Notes: generated by a model from the letters alone, not told the origin. A stretch of 64,000 nt of DNA from Eledone cirrhosa (GCA_964016885.1 OZ024749.1:1922001-1986000); one strand, 5' to 3'; counted from the first letter of the stretch, positions 29,950 through 44,583 are shown. A program made the numbers and translations.

Positions 29950-30245
29950 CGAAGTATGTTTTATAAATTTTGACATAACCAAGGAGAATATAGCTTAACG
30001 GTTCAAGTTTTCCTTGGATAGTGAAGGGATGAGAGAAAAAAAGTCAGATATTTCAAATTATTAAGATGAGAATGCAAATGAGGTTTAGGTAAAAGGGCTG
30101 AAAAAAACCCCGTTATTTTGTCACGTTGTCTTTTAAATTCCAAATTAGATGTGAAAGTGAAGTAGAAGTTTTTTATCAGATCTCTTAAATGTATGATTAT
30201 GGTTATTCCAGCGTTCTTTGAATTTTGTTGAAGTCGTACCAACAT

Positions 30246-31146
<901 letters not shown>

Positions 31147-31151
<5 letters not shown>

Positions 31152-31859
31152 ATAAATGCTCTGAAATAGCGATATATATGTGAATATAGACATAGAATAT
31201 TCGAAAATATTCTGTATGTTTATAATAAACATTTTGAAGACCTAATCGCTATAGAATAGAATACGTCACGTATTACAATTAGATTCTCGATAAAAGCAAG
31301 GGAAGTAATCTACGCGTTTCATTCTTGTTAGAAATCATCAGGACTACATATCCAGTGCTTTTATCGAGAATGACACAGCTAGAGACTTATAGAATACTTA
31401 GCTGTGTACAGGAACTGGTTTGAAAGAGCGGTTGCCGGTCCGGCAGAAATTAGAAATTGGAATAAATGCTCTGAAATAGCGATATATATGTGAATATAGA
31501 CATAGAATATTCGAAAATATTCTGTATGTTTATAATAAACATTTTGAAGACCTAATCGCTATAGAATAGAATACGTCACGTATTACAATTAGATTCTCGA
31601 TAAAAGCAAGGGAAGTAATCTACGCGTTTCATTCTTGTTAGAAATCATCAGGACTACATATCCAGTGCTTTTATCGAGAATGACACAGCTAGAGACTTAT
31701 AGAATACTTAGCTGTGTACAGGAACTGGTTTGAAAGAGCGGTTGCCGGTCCGGCAGAAATTAGAAATTGGAATAAATGCTCTGAAATAGCGATATATATG
31801 TGAATATAGACATAGAATATTCGAAAATATTCTGTATGTTTATAATAAACATTTTGAAG
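31147..31859 (-). repeat. 310-bp hammerhead satellite (retrozyme-like), inverted arm of about 2.3 units
   Basis: ttggaataaatg recurs at 31147, 31457 and 31767. Reverse complement of the main array, with minus-strand hammerheads at 31283-31371 and 31593-31681. Confidence 0.92.
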
Positions 31860-34800
31860 TATTCTATTCTATAGCGATTAGGTCTTCAAAATGTTTATTA
31901 TAAACATACAGAATATTTTCGAATATTCTATGTCTATATTCACATATATATCGCTATTTCAGAGCATTTATTCCAATTTCTAATTTCTGCCGGACCGGCA
32001 ACCGCTCTTTCAAACCAGTTCCTGTACACAGCTAAGTATTCTATAAGTCTCTAGCTGTGTCATTCTCGATAAAAGCACTGGATATGTAGTCCTGATGATT
32101 TCTAACAAGAATGAAACGCGTAGATTACTTCCCTTGCTTTTATCGAGAATCTAATTGTAATACGTGACGTATTCTATTCTATAGCGATTAGGTCTTCAAA
32201 ATGTTTATTATAAACATACAGAATATTTTCGAATATTCTATGTCTATATTCACATATATATCGCTATTTCAGAGCATTTATTCCAATTTCTAATTTCTGC
32301 CGGACCGGCAACCGCTCTTTCAAACCAGTTCCTGTACACAGCTAAGTATTCTATAAGTCTCTAGCTGTGTCATTCTCGATAAAAGCACTGGATATGTAGT
32401 CCTGATGATTTCTAACAAGAATGAAACGCGTAGATTACTTCCCTTGCTTTTATCGAGAATCTAATTGTAATACGTGACGTATTCTATTCTATAGCGATTA
32501 GGTCTTCAAAATGTTTATTATAAACATACAGAATATTTTCGAATATTCTATGTCTATATTCACATATATATCGCTATTTCAGAGCATTTATTCCAATTTC
32601 TAATTTCTGCCGGACCGGCAACCGCTCTTTCAAACCAGTTCCTGTACACAGCTAAGTATTCTATAAGTCTCTAGCTGTGTCATTCTCGATAAAAGCACTG
32701 GATATGTAGTCCTGATGATTTCTAACAAGAATGAAACGCGTAGATTACTTCCCTTGCTTTTATCGAGAATCTAATTGTAATACGTGACGTATTCTATTCT
32801 ATAGCGATTAGGTCTTCAAAATGTTTATTATAAACATACAGAATATTTTCGAATATTCTATGTCTATATTCACATATATATCGCTATTTCAGAGCATTTA
32901 TTCCAATTTCTAATTTCTGCCGGACCGGCAACCGCTCTTTCAAACCAGTTCCTGTACACAGCTAAGTATTCTATAAGTCTCTAGCTGTGTCATTCTCGAT
33001 AAAAGCACTGGATATGTAGTCCTGATGATTTCTAACAAGAATGAAACGCGTAGATTACTTCCCTTGCTTTTATCGAGAATCTAATTGTAATACGTGACGT
33101 ATTCTATTCTATAGCGATTAGGTCTTCAAAATGTTTATTATAAACATACAGAATATTTTCGAATATTCTATGTCTATATTCACATATATATCGCTATTTC
33201 AGAGCATTTATTCCAATTTCTAATTTCTGCCGGACCGGCAACCGCTCTTTCAAACCAGTTCCTGTACACAGCTAAGTATTCTATAAGTCTCTAGCTGTGT
33301 CATTCTCGATAAAAGCACTGGATATGTAGTCCTGATGATTTCTAACAAGAATGAAACGCGTAGATTACTTCCCTTGCTTTTATCGAGAATCTAATTGTAA
33401 TACGTGACGTATTCTATTCTATAGCGATTAGTTCTTCAAATGTTTATTATAAACATACAGAATATTTTCGAATATTCTATGTCTATATTCACATATATAT
33501 CGCTATTTCAGAGCATTTATTCCAATTTCTAATTTCTGCCGGACCGGCAACCGCTCTTTCAAACCAGTTCCTGTACACAGCTAAGTATTCTATAAGTCTC
33601 TAGCTGTGTCATTCTCGATAAAAGCACTGGATATGTAGTCCTGATGATTTCTAACAAGAATGAAACGCGTAGATTACTTCCCTTGCTTTTATCGAGAATC
33701 TAATTGTAATACGTGACGTATTCTATTCTATAGCGATTAGGTCTTCAAAATGTTTATTATAAACATACAGAATATTTTCGAATATTCTATGTCTATATTC
33801 ACATATATATCGCTATTTCAGAGCATTTATTCCAATTTCTAATTTCTGCCGGACCGGCAACCGCTCTTTCAAACCAGTTCCTGTACACAGCTAAGTATTC
33901 TATAAGTCTCTAGCTGTGTCATTCTCGATAAAAGCACTGGATATGTAGTCCTGATGATTTCTAACAAGAATGAAACGCGTAGATTACTTCCCTTGCTTTT
34001 ATCGAGAATCTAATTGTAATACGTGACGTATTCTATTCTATAGCGATTAGGTCTTCAAAATGTTTATTATAAACATACAGAATATTTTCGAATATTCTAT
34101 GTCTATATTCACATATATATCGCTATTTCAGAGCATTTATTCCAATTTCTAATTTCTGCCGGACCGGCAACCGCTCTTTCAAACCAGTTCCTGTACACAG
34201 CTAAGTATTCTATAAGTCTCTAGCTGTGTCATTCTCGATAAAAGCACTGGATATGTAGTCCTGATGATTTCTAACAAGAATGAAACGCGTAGATTACTTC
34301 CCTTGCTTTTATCGAGAATCTAATTGTAATACGTGACGTATTCTATTCTATAGCGATTAGGTCTTCAAAATGTTTATTATAAACATACAGAATATTTTCG
34401 AATATTCTATGTCTATATTCACATATATATCGCTATTTCAGAGCATTTATTCCAATTTCTAATTTCTGCCGGACCGGCAACCGCTCTTTCAAACCAGTTC
34501 CTGTACACAGCTAAGTATTCTATAAGTCTCTAGCTGTGTCATTCTCGATAAAAGCACTGGATATGTAGTCCTGATGATTTCTAACAAGAATGAAACGCGT
34601 AGATTACTTCCCTTGCTTTTATCGAGAATCTAATTGTAATACGTGACGTATTCTATTCTATAGCGATTAGGTCTTCAAAATGTTTATTATAAACATACAG
34701 AATATTTTCGAATATTCTATGTCTATATTCACATATATATCGCTATTTCAGAGCATTTATTCCAATTTCTAATTTCTGCCGGACCGGCAACCGCTCTTTC

Positions 34801-34961
34801 AAACCAGTTCCTGTACACAGCTAAGTATTCTATAAGTCTCTAGCTGTGTCATTCTCGATAAAAGCACTGGATATGTAGTCCTGATGATTTCTAACAAGAA
34901 TGAAACGCGTAGATTACTTCCCTTGCTTTTATCGAGAATCTAATTGTAATACGTGACGTAT
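31859..34961 (+). repeat. 310-bp hammerhead satellite (retrozyme-like), 10 tandem units, truncated by the gap
   Basis: attctattctatagcg recurs at 31861, 32171, 32481, 32791, 33101, 33411, 33720, 34030, 34340 and 34650. Units look identical except one variant near 33432-33440. Confidence 0.95.
32062..32150 (+). ncRNA. Type I hammerhead ribozyme (first of 10 plus-strand copies; others start at 32372, 32682, 32992, 33302, 33611, 33921, 34231, 34541, 34851)
   Basis: attctcgataaaagca-ctggatat-gtagtc-CTGATGA-tTTCT aaca AGAAt-GAAA-CGCG-TA-gattac-ttccct-tgcttttatcgagaat. Helix I is 6 bp plus 16 bp around an internal loop, helix III is palindromic, and the cleavage triplet is GUA at 32120-32122. Confidence 0.88.
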
Positions 34962-35161
34962 NNNNNNNNNNNNNNNNNNNNNNNNNNNNNNNNNNNNNNN
35001 NNNNNNNNNNNNNNNNNNNNNNNNNNNNNNNNNNNNNNNNNNNNNNNNNNNNNNNNNNNNNNNNNNNNNNNNNNNNNNNNNNNNNNNNNNNNNNNNNNNN
35101 NNNNNNNNNNNNNNNNNNNNNNNNNNNNNNNNNNNNNNNNNNNNNNNNNNNNNNNNNNNNN
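34962..35161. other. Assembly gap (200 N)
   Basis: Run of n. Confidence 1.
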
Positions 35162-35834
35162 ATATATATATATTAATATATATATATATTAATATATATA
35201 TATTATATATATATATATATATAATATATATATATATTAATATATATATATATTATATATTAATATATATATATATTAATATATAATATATATATATATT
35301 AATATATATATATATTAATATATATATATATATATATATTAATATATATATATATTAATATATATATATATTATATATTAATATATATATATATTAATAT
35401 ATAATATATATATATATTAATATATATATATATACATATTAATATATATATATTGTATATAATATATATATATATATATTAATATATATATATATATATT
35501 AGTATATATATATTGTATATAATATATATATATATATATTAGTATATATATATATATATATTAGTATATATATATATATATATATTAATATATATATATA
35601 TATATATTAGTATATATATATATATATATATTAATATATATATATTGTATATAATATATATATATATATATTAGTATATATATATATATATATTAGTATA
35701 TATATATATATATTAATATATATATATTGTATATAATATATATATATATATATTAGTATATATATATATATATATTAGTATATATATATATATATTAATA
35801 TATATATATATATTAATATATATATATATATTAG

Positions 35835-35866
<32 letters not shown>

Positions 35867-36330
35867 TATATATATATATATATATTTATTAATATATATA
35901 TATATATTAATATATATATATATATTAGTATATATATATATAAATATATATATATATATTAGTATATATAATATATATATATTAGTATATATATATATAT
36001 ATTAATATATATATATATATTAGTATATATATATATTAATATATATATATATATATATTAGTATATATATATATTAATATATATATATATATATTAGTAT
36101 ATATATATATATATATATTAATATATATATATTGTATATATATATATATATTAGTATATATATATATATACTAATATATATATATATATACTAATATATA
36201 TATATTGTATATAATATATATATATATATAATTATATATATTAATATATATATATTGTATATATATATATATATTAATATATATATATATATTAGTATAT
36301 ATATATATATTAGTATATATATATATATTA

Positions 36331-36392
<62 letters not shown>

Positions 36393-38148
36393 TATATTGT
36401 ATATAATATATATATATATTAATATATATATTGTATATAATATATATATATATATTAATATATATATATTGTATATAATATATATATATATATTGTATAT
36501 AATATATATATATATATATATTAATATATATATATATTAGTATATATATATATATATATATATTAATATATATATATATTAGTATATATATATATATATA
36601 TTAATATATATATATATTAATATATATATATATTAGTATATATATATATATATATATATATTAGTATATATATATATTGTATATAATATATATATATATA
36701 TTAATATATATATATATACATATTAATATATATATATTGTATATAATATATATATATATATATTAATATATATATATATATATTAATATATATATATATT
36801 AGTATATATATATTGTATATAATATATATATATATTAGTATATATATATATATATATATTAGTATATATATATATATATATATTAATATATATATATTGT
36901 ATATAATATATATATATATATATTAGTATATATATATATATATATATACTAATATATATATATATATATTAGTATATATATATATATATATATTAGTATA
37001 TATATATATATATATATTAATATATATATATATATTAATATATATATATATATTAGTATATATATATATATATATATATTAGTATATATATATATTAGTA
37101 TATATATATATAAATATATATATATATATTAGTATATATATATATATATATATATATTAGTATATATATATATATATATTAATATATATATATATATTAG
37201 TATATATATATATATTAATATATATATATATAAATATATATATATATATTAGTATATATATATATATATTAATATATATATATATTAATATATATATATA
37301 TATTAATATATATATATATATATTAATATATATATATATATATTAGTATATATATATATATTAATATATATATATATATATATTAATATATATATATATA
37401 TAATAATATATATATATATATTAGTATATATATATATATTAATATATATATATATATATATATTAATATATATATATATATATTAATATATATATATTAA
37501 TATATATATATATATTAATATATATATATATATTTTAATATATATATATATATATTAATATATATATATATATTAATATATATATATATATATTAATATA
37601 TATATATATATATTAATATATATATATATTAATATATATATATATATTAGTATATATATTTATATATTAATATATATATATATTAATATATATATATATA
37701 TTAGTATATATATTTATATATTAATATATATATATATTAGTATATATATATATATTAATATATATATATTAGTATATATATTAGTATATATATATATTAG
37801 TATATATATATATTAGTATATATATATATTAGTATATATATATATTAGTATATATATATATTAGTATATATATATAATAGTATATATATATTAGTATATA
37901 TATATTAGTATATATATATATATTAGTATATATATATATTAGTAGTTAAAAGAATAGAGGTGTAACACACAAGTTATTATATATTGGTAAACGGAATAGA
38001 AAATGCTGACAACTTGTTCACAGTTGAAAAATGGTTTAATTAGGAATAAAAGAGTATTAGTGATTGTATGGGTTAGTATTCAGTTGTGGTTTTAAGTTAT
38101 ATATTAGTATATATATATTAGTATATATATATTAGTATATATATATTA

Positions 38149-38197
<49 letters not shown>

Positions 38198-38278
38198 TAT
38201 ATATATATATATTAGTATATATATATATATTATTATATATATATATATTAGTATATATATATTAGTATATATATATTA

Positions 38279-38327
<49 letters not shown>

Positions 38328-38350
38328 TATATATTTATATATATATATTA

Positions 38351-38386
<36 letters not shown>

Positions 38387-38405
38387 TAATATATATATAT
38401 ATATA

Positions 38406-38441
<36 letters not shown>

Positions 38442-38659
38442 TATATATATATATAAATATATATATATAAAATATATGTATATATAAATATATATATATA
38501 AAATATATATATATATAAATATATATATATCTATATTAATATATATATATAAAATATATGTATATATAAATATATATATATATAAATATATATATAAATA
38601 TATATATATATATTAATATATATATATATATATACAATATATTAATATATATATATATA

Positions 38660-38690
<31 letters not shown>
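35162..38690. repeat. Long interrupted (TA)n tract (TTAA/TTAG/TTG interruptions) with a small repeat remnant at about 37944-38100
   Basis: Direct reading; the remnant is homologous to 18115-18260. Confidence 0.93.
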
Positions 38691-38696
<6 letters not shown>

Positions 38697-39320
38697 AAAA
38701 AGGGATGAAATCGAAAATGCAACCGAAGTCTTATTTTTTAAAAAAATATATATATTTATTTTGTTCCTTTACCGATTTCGCAGTTCTTCTGCTTTTCAAA
38801 AGGTGAGTTGAGATGGAGGGTCTGTGGTTTTTCTCACACCTGGTTGGTCTCTAAATGTTACTTGTTTTATATGGAAAAAGTGGCTCGAAAACCAGGTTTT
38901 TCGAGAAGTAATTTGATTGGTTTGTCAATAATTATAATAAATTTCGCGCCAGTTCGCGTTACAATAGTTCTTCAAATAAGAGAGAGAGGGGGGGGGGGGG
39001 TTGTCACAGGTTGTTTTTTCATATATGAGTGTTTGAATTTCTTTTTACTTGAAAAAATGAGGCTCACGAAGGCTTTTTTTTGGTTGGTTATAAATGAAAT
39101 TTGGCTGTCACGTGAACAAGTTTTCATTACATTTTTGCGCCCTTATTTGGAAAACTATTCTGTAGTCTTTATAGTGAATGTAGAGATGGAGAGATAGTGG
39201 TCAAGGGAAAAGGGATTGGGAGAAATGTTCTGGTTCAGTGAATATGGCCAGCTGTCAGAGTTCAGGTGTCAGAGTTCAGATTTTCTATTGAGACTGAAGA
39301 TATGTGTTTATTTGTGTGCT

Positions 39321-39355
<35 letters not shown>

Positions 39356-39611
39356 ATGTGTGTATTGGAAGATGATTCTATTAGTAGAGATGGGGGAGGG
39401 AGTTGTGTGTGTGTGTATATGGGTGTTATGTGTGTGTGTGCGAGTATGTTAGATAGAGAGAATATATATTTTGTGTGTGTGTATATATATATGTGTGTAG
39501 GAAAGTGGTTCTATTAGTAGAAATGGGGAGGGTGTTGTTGGTGTGGGGGTTGTTATGTGTGTGTATGGGTGTTATGTGTGTGGGAGTATGGTTAGCATGT
39601 TAAGATGAAGA

Positions 39612-39682
<71 letters not shown>

Positions 39683-39895
39683 GTGTGTGTGTATGTGTGT
39701 GTGTAGGAAAATGATTCCTTTAGTAGGAATATTTTTGAATGAACATATTTTCCTGACTTTTTCGTGTTTGCTGTTGTATTGCCAGTGCAAACGTATGTTT
39801 AAGGTTTATTTAGTTCGGGTTTTTATTTTCTAAAGTAGAAGGTGTTATGTGTGTGTGTGTGTGTATGTCATATTGTGGTGTTGACATAATGTATA

Positions 39896-40478
39896 TTAAA
39901 CCTTATTTAATGTTGGTCTATATTTTTGAATAAACATATTTTCCTTATTTATTCGCATTTGTTCTGTTGTATTGTTAGCGCAAAGGTAAAATGGGAAGAC
40001 TTGGAATTTGGGTGTCTTATTACTTGCGCAAATGTCTAGATGTGCACTTAGTGGTATCTGTCTCGTGGTTGGATCTCGTAATTGTTGGCGATGAACTGTC
40101 ATTCTGTTTCTGAGTGTGAGTTTAGTTTGTCCTATATAATCTTCATTGCATCCTTTACATTTAATGGCATAAATTAGATTTTTTGATGAGCAAGTGAAGT
40201 GATTTTTTACAGTAAAATTTTGTCCTGATTTAAATGTATACGTGTTGCCTTCAATGAGGTGAGTGCAGGTTCCACAATTAGAGCGACCACATTTTTTGAT
40301 ACTTGGTTGTGGGTTTGTGGTAGGTAATTTGGCATTGGTGAGTAATGTTTTCAGTGATTTTGGTTGTCTTTTGCTTTTGATTATTTTGTGTGTTTCAAGG
40401 GCTTTTTTCATTCTTGGGTTTTGTTTTAGTAGTGGGATGTTATTGTGAATAGTGTTGTAAGCTTCCGCATTTCTTGGG
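39896..40478 (-). CDS. PLE GIY-YIG endonuclease domain with Cys-rich linker (5'-truncated, open frame)
   Basis: KRQPKSLKTLLT, CGRSNCGTC, FTCSSKNLIYAIKCKGCNEDYIGQTKLTLRNRMTVHRQQ, RINKENMFIQKYRPTLN. Confidence 0.88.
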
Positions 40479-40773
40479 TAACAATACAACAGAACAAATG
40501 CGAATAAATAAGGAAAATATGTTTATTCAAAAATATAGACCAACATTAAATAAGGTTTAATATACATTATGTCAACACCACAATATGACATACACACACA
40601 CACACACATAACACCTTCTACTTTAGAAAATAAAAACCCGAACTAAATAAACCTTAAACATACGTTTGCACTGGCAATACAACAGCAAACACGAAAAAGT
40701 CAGGAAAATATGTTCATTCAAAAATATTCCTACTAAAGGAATCATTTTCCTACACACACACATACACACACAC

Positions 40774-40844
<71 letters not shown>

Positions 40845-41100
40845 TCTTCATCTTAACATGCTAACCATACTCCCACACACATAACACTCATACACACACA
40901 TAACAACCCCCACACCTACAACACCCTCCCCATTTCTACTAATAGAACCACTTTCCTACACACATATATATATACACACACACAAAATATATATTCTCTC
41001 TATCTAACATACTCGCACACACACACATAACACCCATATACACACACACACAACTCCCTCCCCCATCTCTACTAATAGAATCATCTTCCAATACACACAT

Positions 41101-41135
<35 letters not shown>

Positions 41136-41657
41136 AGCACACAAATAAACACATATCTTCAGTCTCAATAGAAAATCTGAACTCTGACACCTGAACTCTG
41201 ACAGCTGGCCATATTCACTGAACCAGAACATTTCTCCCAATCCCTTTTCCCTTGACCACTATCTCTCCATCTCTACATTCACTATAAAGACTACAGAATA
41301 GTTTTCCAAATAAGGGCGCAAAAATGTAATGAAAACTTGTTCACGTGACAGCCAAATTTCATTTATAACCAACCAAAAAAAAAGCCTTCGTGAGCCTCAT
41401 TTTTTCAAGTAAAAAGAAATTCAAACACTCATATATGAAAAAACAACCTGTGATAACCCCCCCCCCCCCCCCCCTTCTCTCTTATTTGAAGAACTATTGT
41501 AACGCGAACTGGCGCGAAATTTATTATAATTATTGACAAACCAATCAAATTACTTCTCGAAAAACCTGGTTTTCGAGCCACTTTTTCCATATAAAACAAG
41601 TAACATTTAGAGACCAACCAGATGTGAGAAAAACCACAGACCCTCCATCTCAACTCA

Positions 41658-41695
41658 CCTTTTGAAAAGCAGAAGAACTGCGAAACCGGTAAAGG
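41658..41695 (+). ncRNA. Minimal type I hammerhead, U3-A8 core variant (mirror copy at 38766-38803, minus strand)
   Basis: cctt-TTGAAAA-GCAG aagaa CTGC-GAAA-CCGG-TA-aagg. Confidence 0.75.
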
Positions 41696-41855
41696 AACCA
41701 AATAAATATATATATTTTAAAAAAAAATAAGACTTCGGTTGCATTTTCGATTTCATCCCTTTTTCTTTATACTTCCACTCGTGTAGGACACCTCGGTTAT
41801 TTTTTATTTTGTAAAAAAAACCTCACTTTCTAATATATATATATATATATATATA

Positions 41856-41886
<31 letters not shown>

Positions 41887-41909
41887 TAATATATATATAT
41901 ATATAGATA

Positions 41910-42055
<146 letters not shown>

Positions 42056-42297
42056 TATATATATATATATAGATATTAATATATATAGATATATATATTA
42101 CTATTATATATTAATATATATATATATAAATATATATATATATATTAATATTAATATATATAGATATATATATTACTATTATATATTAATATATATATAT
42201 ATAAATGTATATATATATATTAATATATTTTATATATTAATATATATATATATATTCTATCTATATATATATTCTATCTATCTATGTATCTATCTAT

Positions 42298-43075
42298 CTA
42301 AGACGAACAAGCCAGTCTGTTCTGTAGGACCTTTCGCCCCGGATCGATGGACAACTTCCAAATGTCCCTGGCCCGGCAGTGCTACTGAGGAGCTCTACCA
42401 GTTCGAGACAAGCTCTACAGGCAGGGACCCTTCGAAAACGATCTTTCCGAGATGCGTGCGGGACGAAGATACCGTTGCGCACGTATTCATACACTGCCCG
42501 GGCATTACTGACCTGTGGGGCTATGTAGAACGACTATCGTCGGGGATGGGACCAATCTGGTTGACCACCGAGTCCATTGTCATGATCAAACCGCCACCCT
42601 CTTTCAAAAACGAAGGGGAGGCGGTTTTCCTTTGTGTGATAGCTATGGCGAAATAGGTTGTATGGTGGACGAGGTTAAAAGGGCTGAGGTCAGACACCTT
42701 TCTCTCCGGCCAATAACTGATTCTTTTTTTCAAATACCACTTTAGAAGAAAAATCAGGATGGAGAGAGAGGTGCTGTACCCCAGCAAGTTTTATGAAAGG
42801 TGGGTGAAAGTGGCGAGAATGGCCCAAGTGAATGGGCTTTCTCTCTATATCAGCCTGTAGGTTGAGGAAAAGGAGGAAGAGAGGAATGGGGTACAAACTC
42901 TTCGTACTCCTGAAGATGAGGGTTGCACATTTTTTCGGGGGTATGTGTTACCCATATGAAATGTCTCCCCCTATTGGGGAAAATTGATTAATCTTTAAAT
43001 TGCATTTGTGATAGTATTTTACACGTTTTTATTGTATGTAAACTTCCCCCTTTGTATTTGTCCCCCTATGGCTAG
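42298..43075 (+). mobile_element. L1/Tx1-like LINE 3' fragment (C-terminal CCHC region and 3' UTR)
   Basis: [41 protein letters not shown]. Related tails lie at 51770-52075 (+) and 6376-6420 (-). Confidence 0.75.
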
Positions 43076-43398
43076 GGGACAAATACAGAAGATCCCGTTA
43101 AGGGTAAAAGCAGCGATTCTTTGCTTAAACTTTAATCTGTTATTTTAATAAATATATATATATATATAGTAATAATAATAAATTCGAAGACTAAAATCCA
43201 AGGAGGCTCGATAAGGATAAATATATATGAAATATATAAGAACCGTAGAGCAAATATTTATTAAAATAAGAGATTAAAGTTTAAGCAAAGAATCGCTGCT
43301 TTCACCCTTAACGGGATCTTCTGAACCTAACAAAGTCAATCTGTGAACGCAGAAGTTAATCTTTTAAAAAACTTTGCAACTGTCGCAGTGATATACGG

Positions 43399-43438
<40 letters not shown>

Positions 43439-43859
43439 TTGGCGGTGGTAAAAATCAGTTAGACCATTACACACCAGTACTTGGGGTAGTAGAACTAGAT
43501 CTAGCTGGTGAAACGACCGGAGCTCAGTCGTCGGGGTTCTGATATATATATATAGATATATCCAGGTGGAAGTTCAGGTAAAGTCCGGTTGTATATATGA
43601 CATGATTTACTTGGTGACCTATTGCCAGTAACACTCGGGAGTACTTGACTATAATTTTACCCGTATTCATATTATATTGAGGTGCTCACATTAGAATATA
43701 ATTTATATAGTCTAGAATGTGGAAAACTATTTCATTTCTTTCAGGAAAGATACATTTTCAAGAAAACGCTACAGAACAACCTAGCATCATCTTTTTGACG
43801 CTATTTTGTAGCCTGGGTATTTGGGTAGTATCTCATGCCTTCTTATACCCGCAACTCCT

Positions 43860-44124
43860 GGCGGAGTCGCAGTGATATGCGGTGCTTCTTTAATATTTTA
43901 TAAACCTTGCGGATCTTATCTCCTCTCCAGGCTGGAACACAGACGATTTCTTCCATAGAAAAAGAGTGAATGATAGAGAGAAATTGTGAAGGAGATATAG
44001 AGGAGGAATACTGGACTGGACTGGTACTTTTTTATCGACCTCGAAATGATGAAAGGCAAAGTTGAGCTCAGCGGAACAATTACCGCAAACAGTCTGTCGC
44101 TCTAACAGCTCTGCCAATTCACCA
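43860..44124 (-). mobile_element. Nin-like tRNA SINE
   Basis: Reverse complement of aactttgcctttcatcatttcgaggtcgataaaaaagtaccag. Confidence 0.7.
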
Positions 44125-44583
44125 CTGTAGTATCACATTTAACACCAAATACTATAATACTGCATTATGTTATAAAAATACAAGCCAATGTAATACTATC
44201 ATAACAGAACAATAACCAGAGCTGATATGAATGAAGATTCGAAGAAGTATATAATGGGTGTCGAAATCTGAAGTCACACGCACAAATATATATTATCAGT
44301 TAAACTATTTAGTGTCTCATTTAGCACGTATCGAAGCGGTTCGTCTTGAAGAGAATTATAGTAAAGTCTTTCGTCTTTGTTCGTATTGGTATATATGGCA
44401 TTAAAAGATGCATGATTAAAAGACAGAATGGCATTAAGAGGTACATTTTTCAGGTAATATTTCAAAGTCTAATGAACAGAAATGGTGTATGAAGTTAACC
44501 AAGAGAAAAAAATATAATTGATGAGGGCGCCATATTTTGTCATAAGAACGCCATTGAACAATATAAAACATTAGATTCGTTCG

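Larger units (their letters stand above)
38691..41835 (-). mobile_element. 5'-truncated Penelope-like element (Neptune-like) with a 1.29-kb inverted duplication of its 3' end
   Basis: Arms 38691-39977 and 40479-41770 are reverse complements with a few substitutions; the spacer is coding sequence. Both sides are flanked by (TA)n. Confidence 0.9.

Noticed and set aside
31147-34961. 5S rDNA, snRNA or spliced-leader tandem array
   Set aside because: No similarity that I recognise to those RNAs; the hammerhead explains the unit better.
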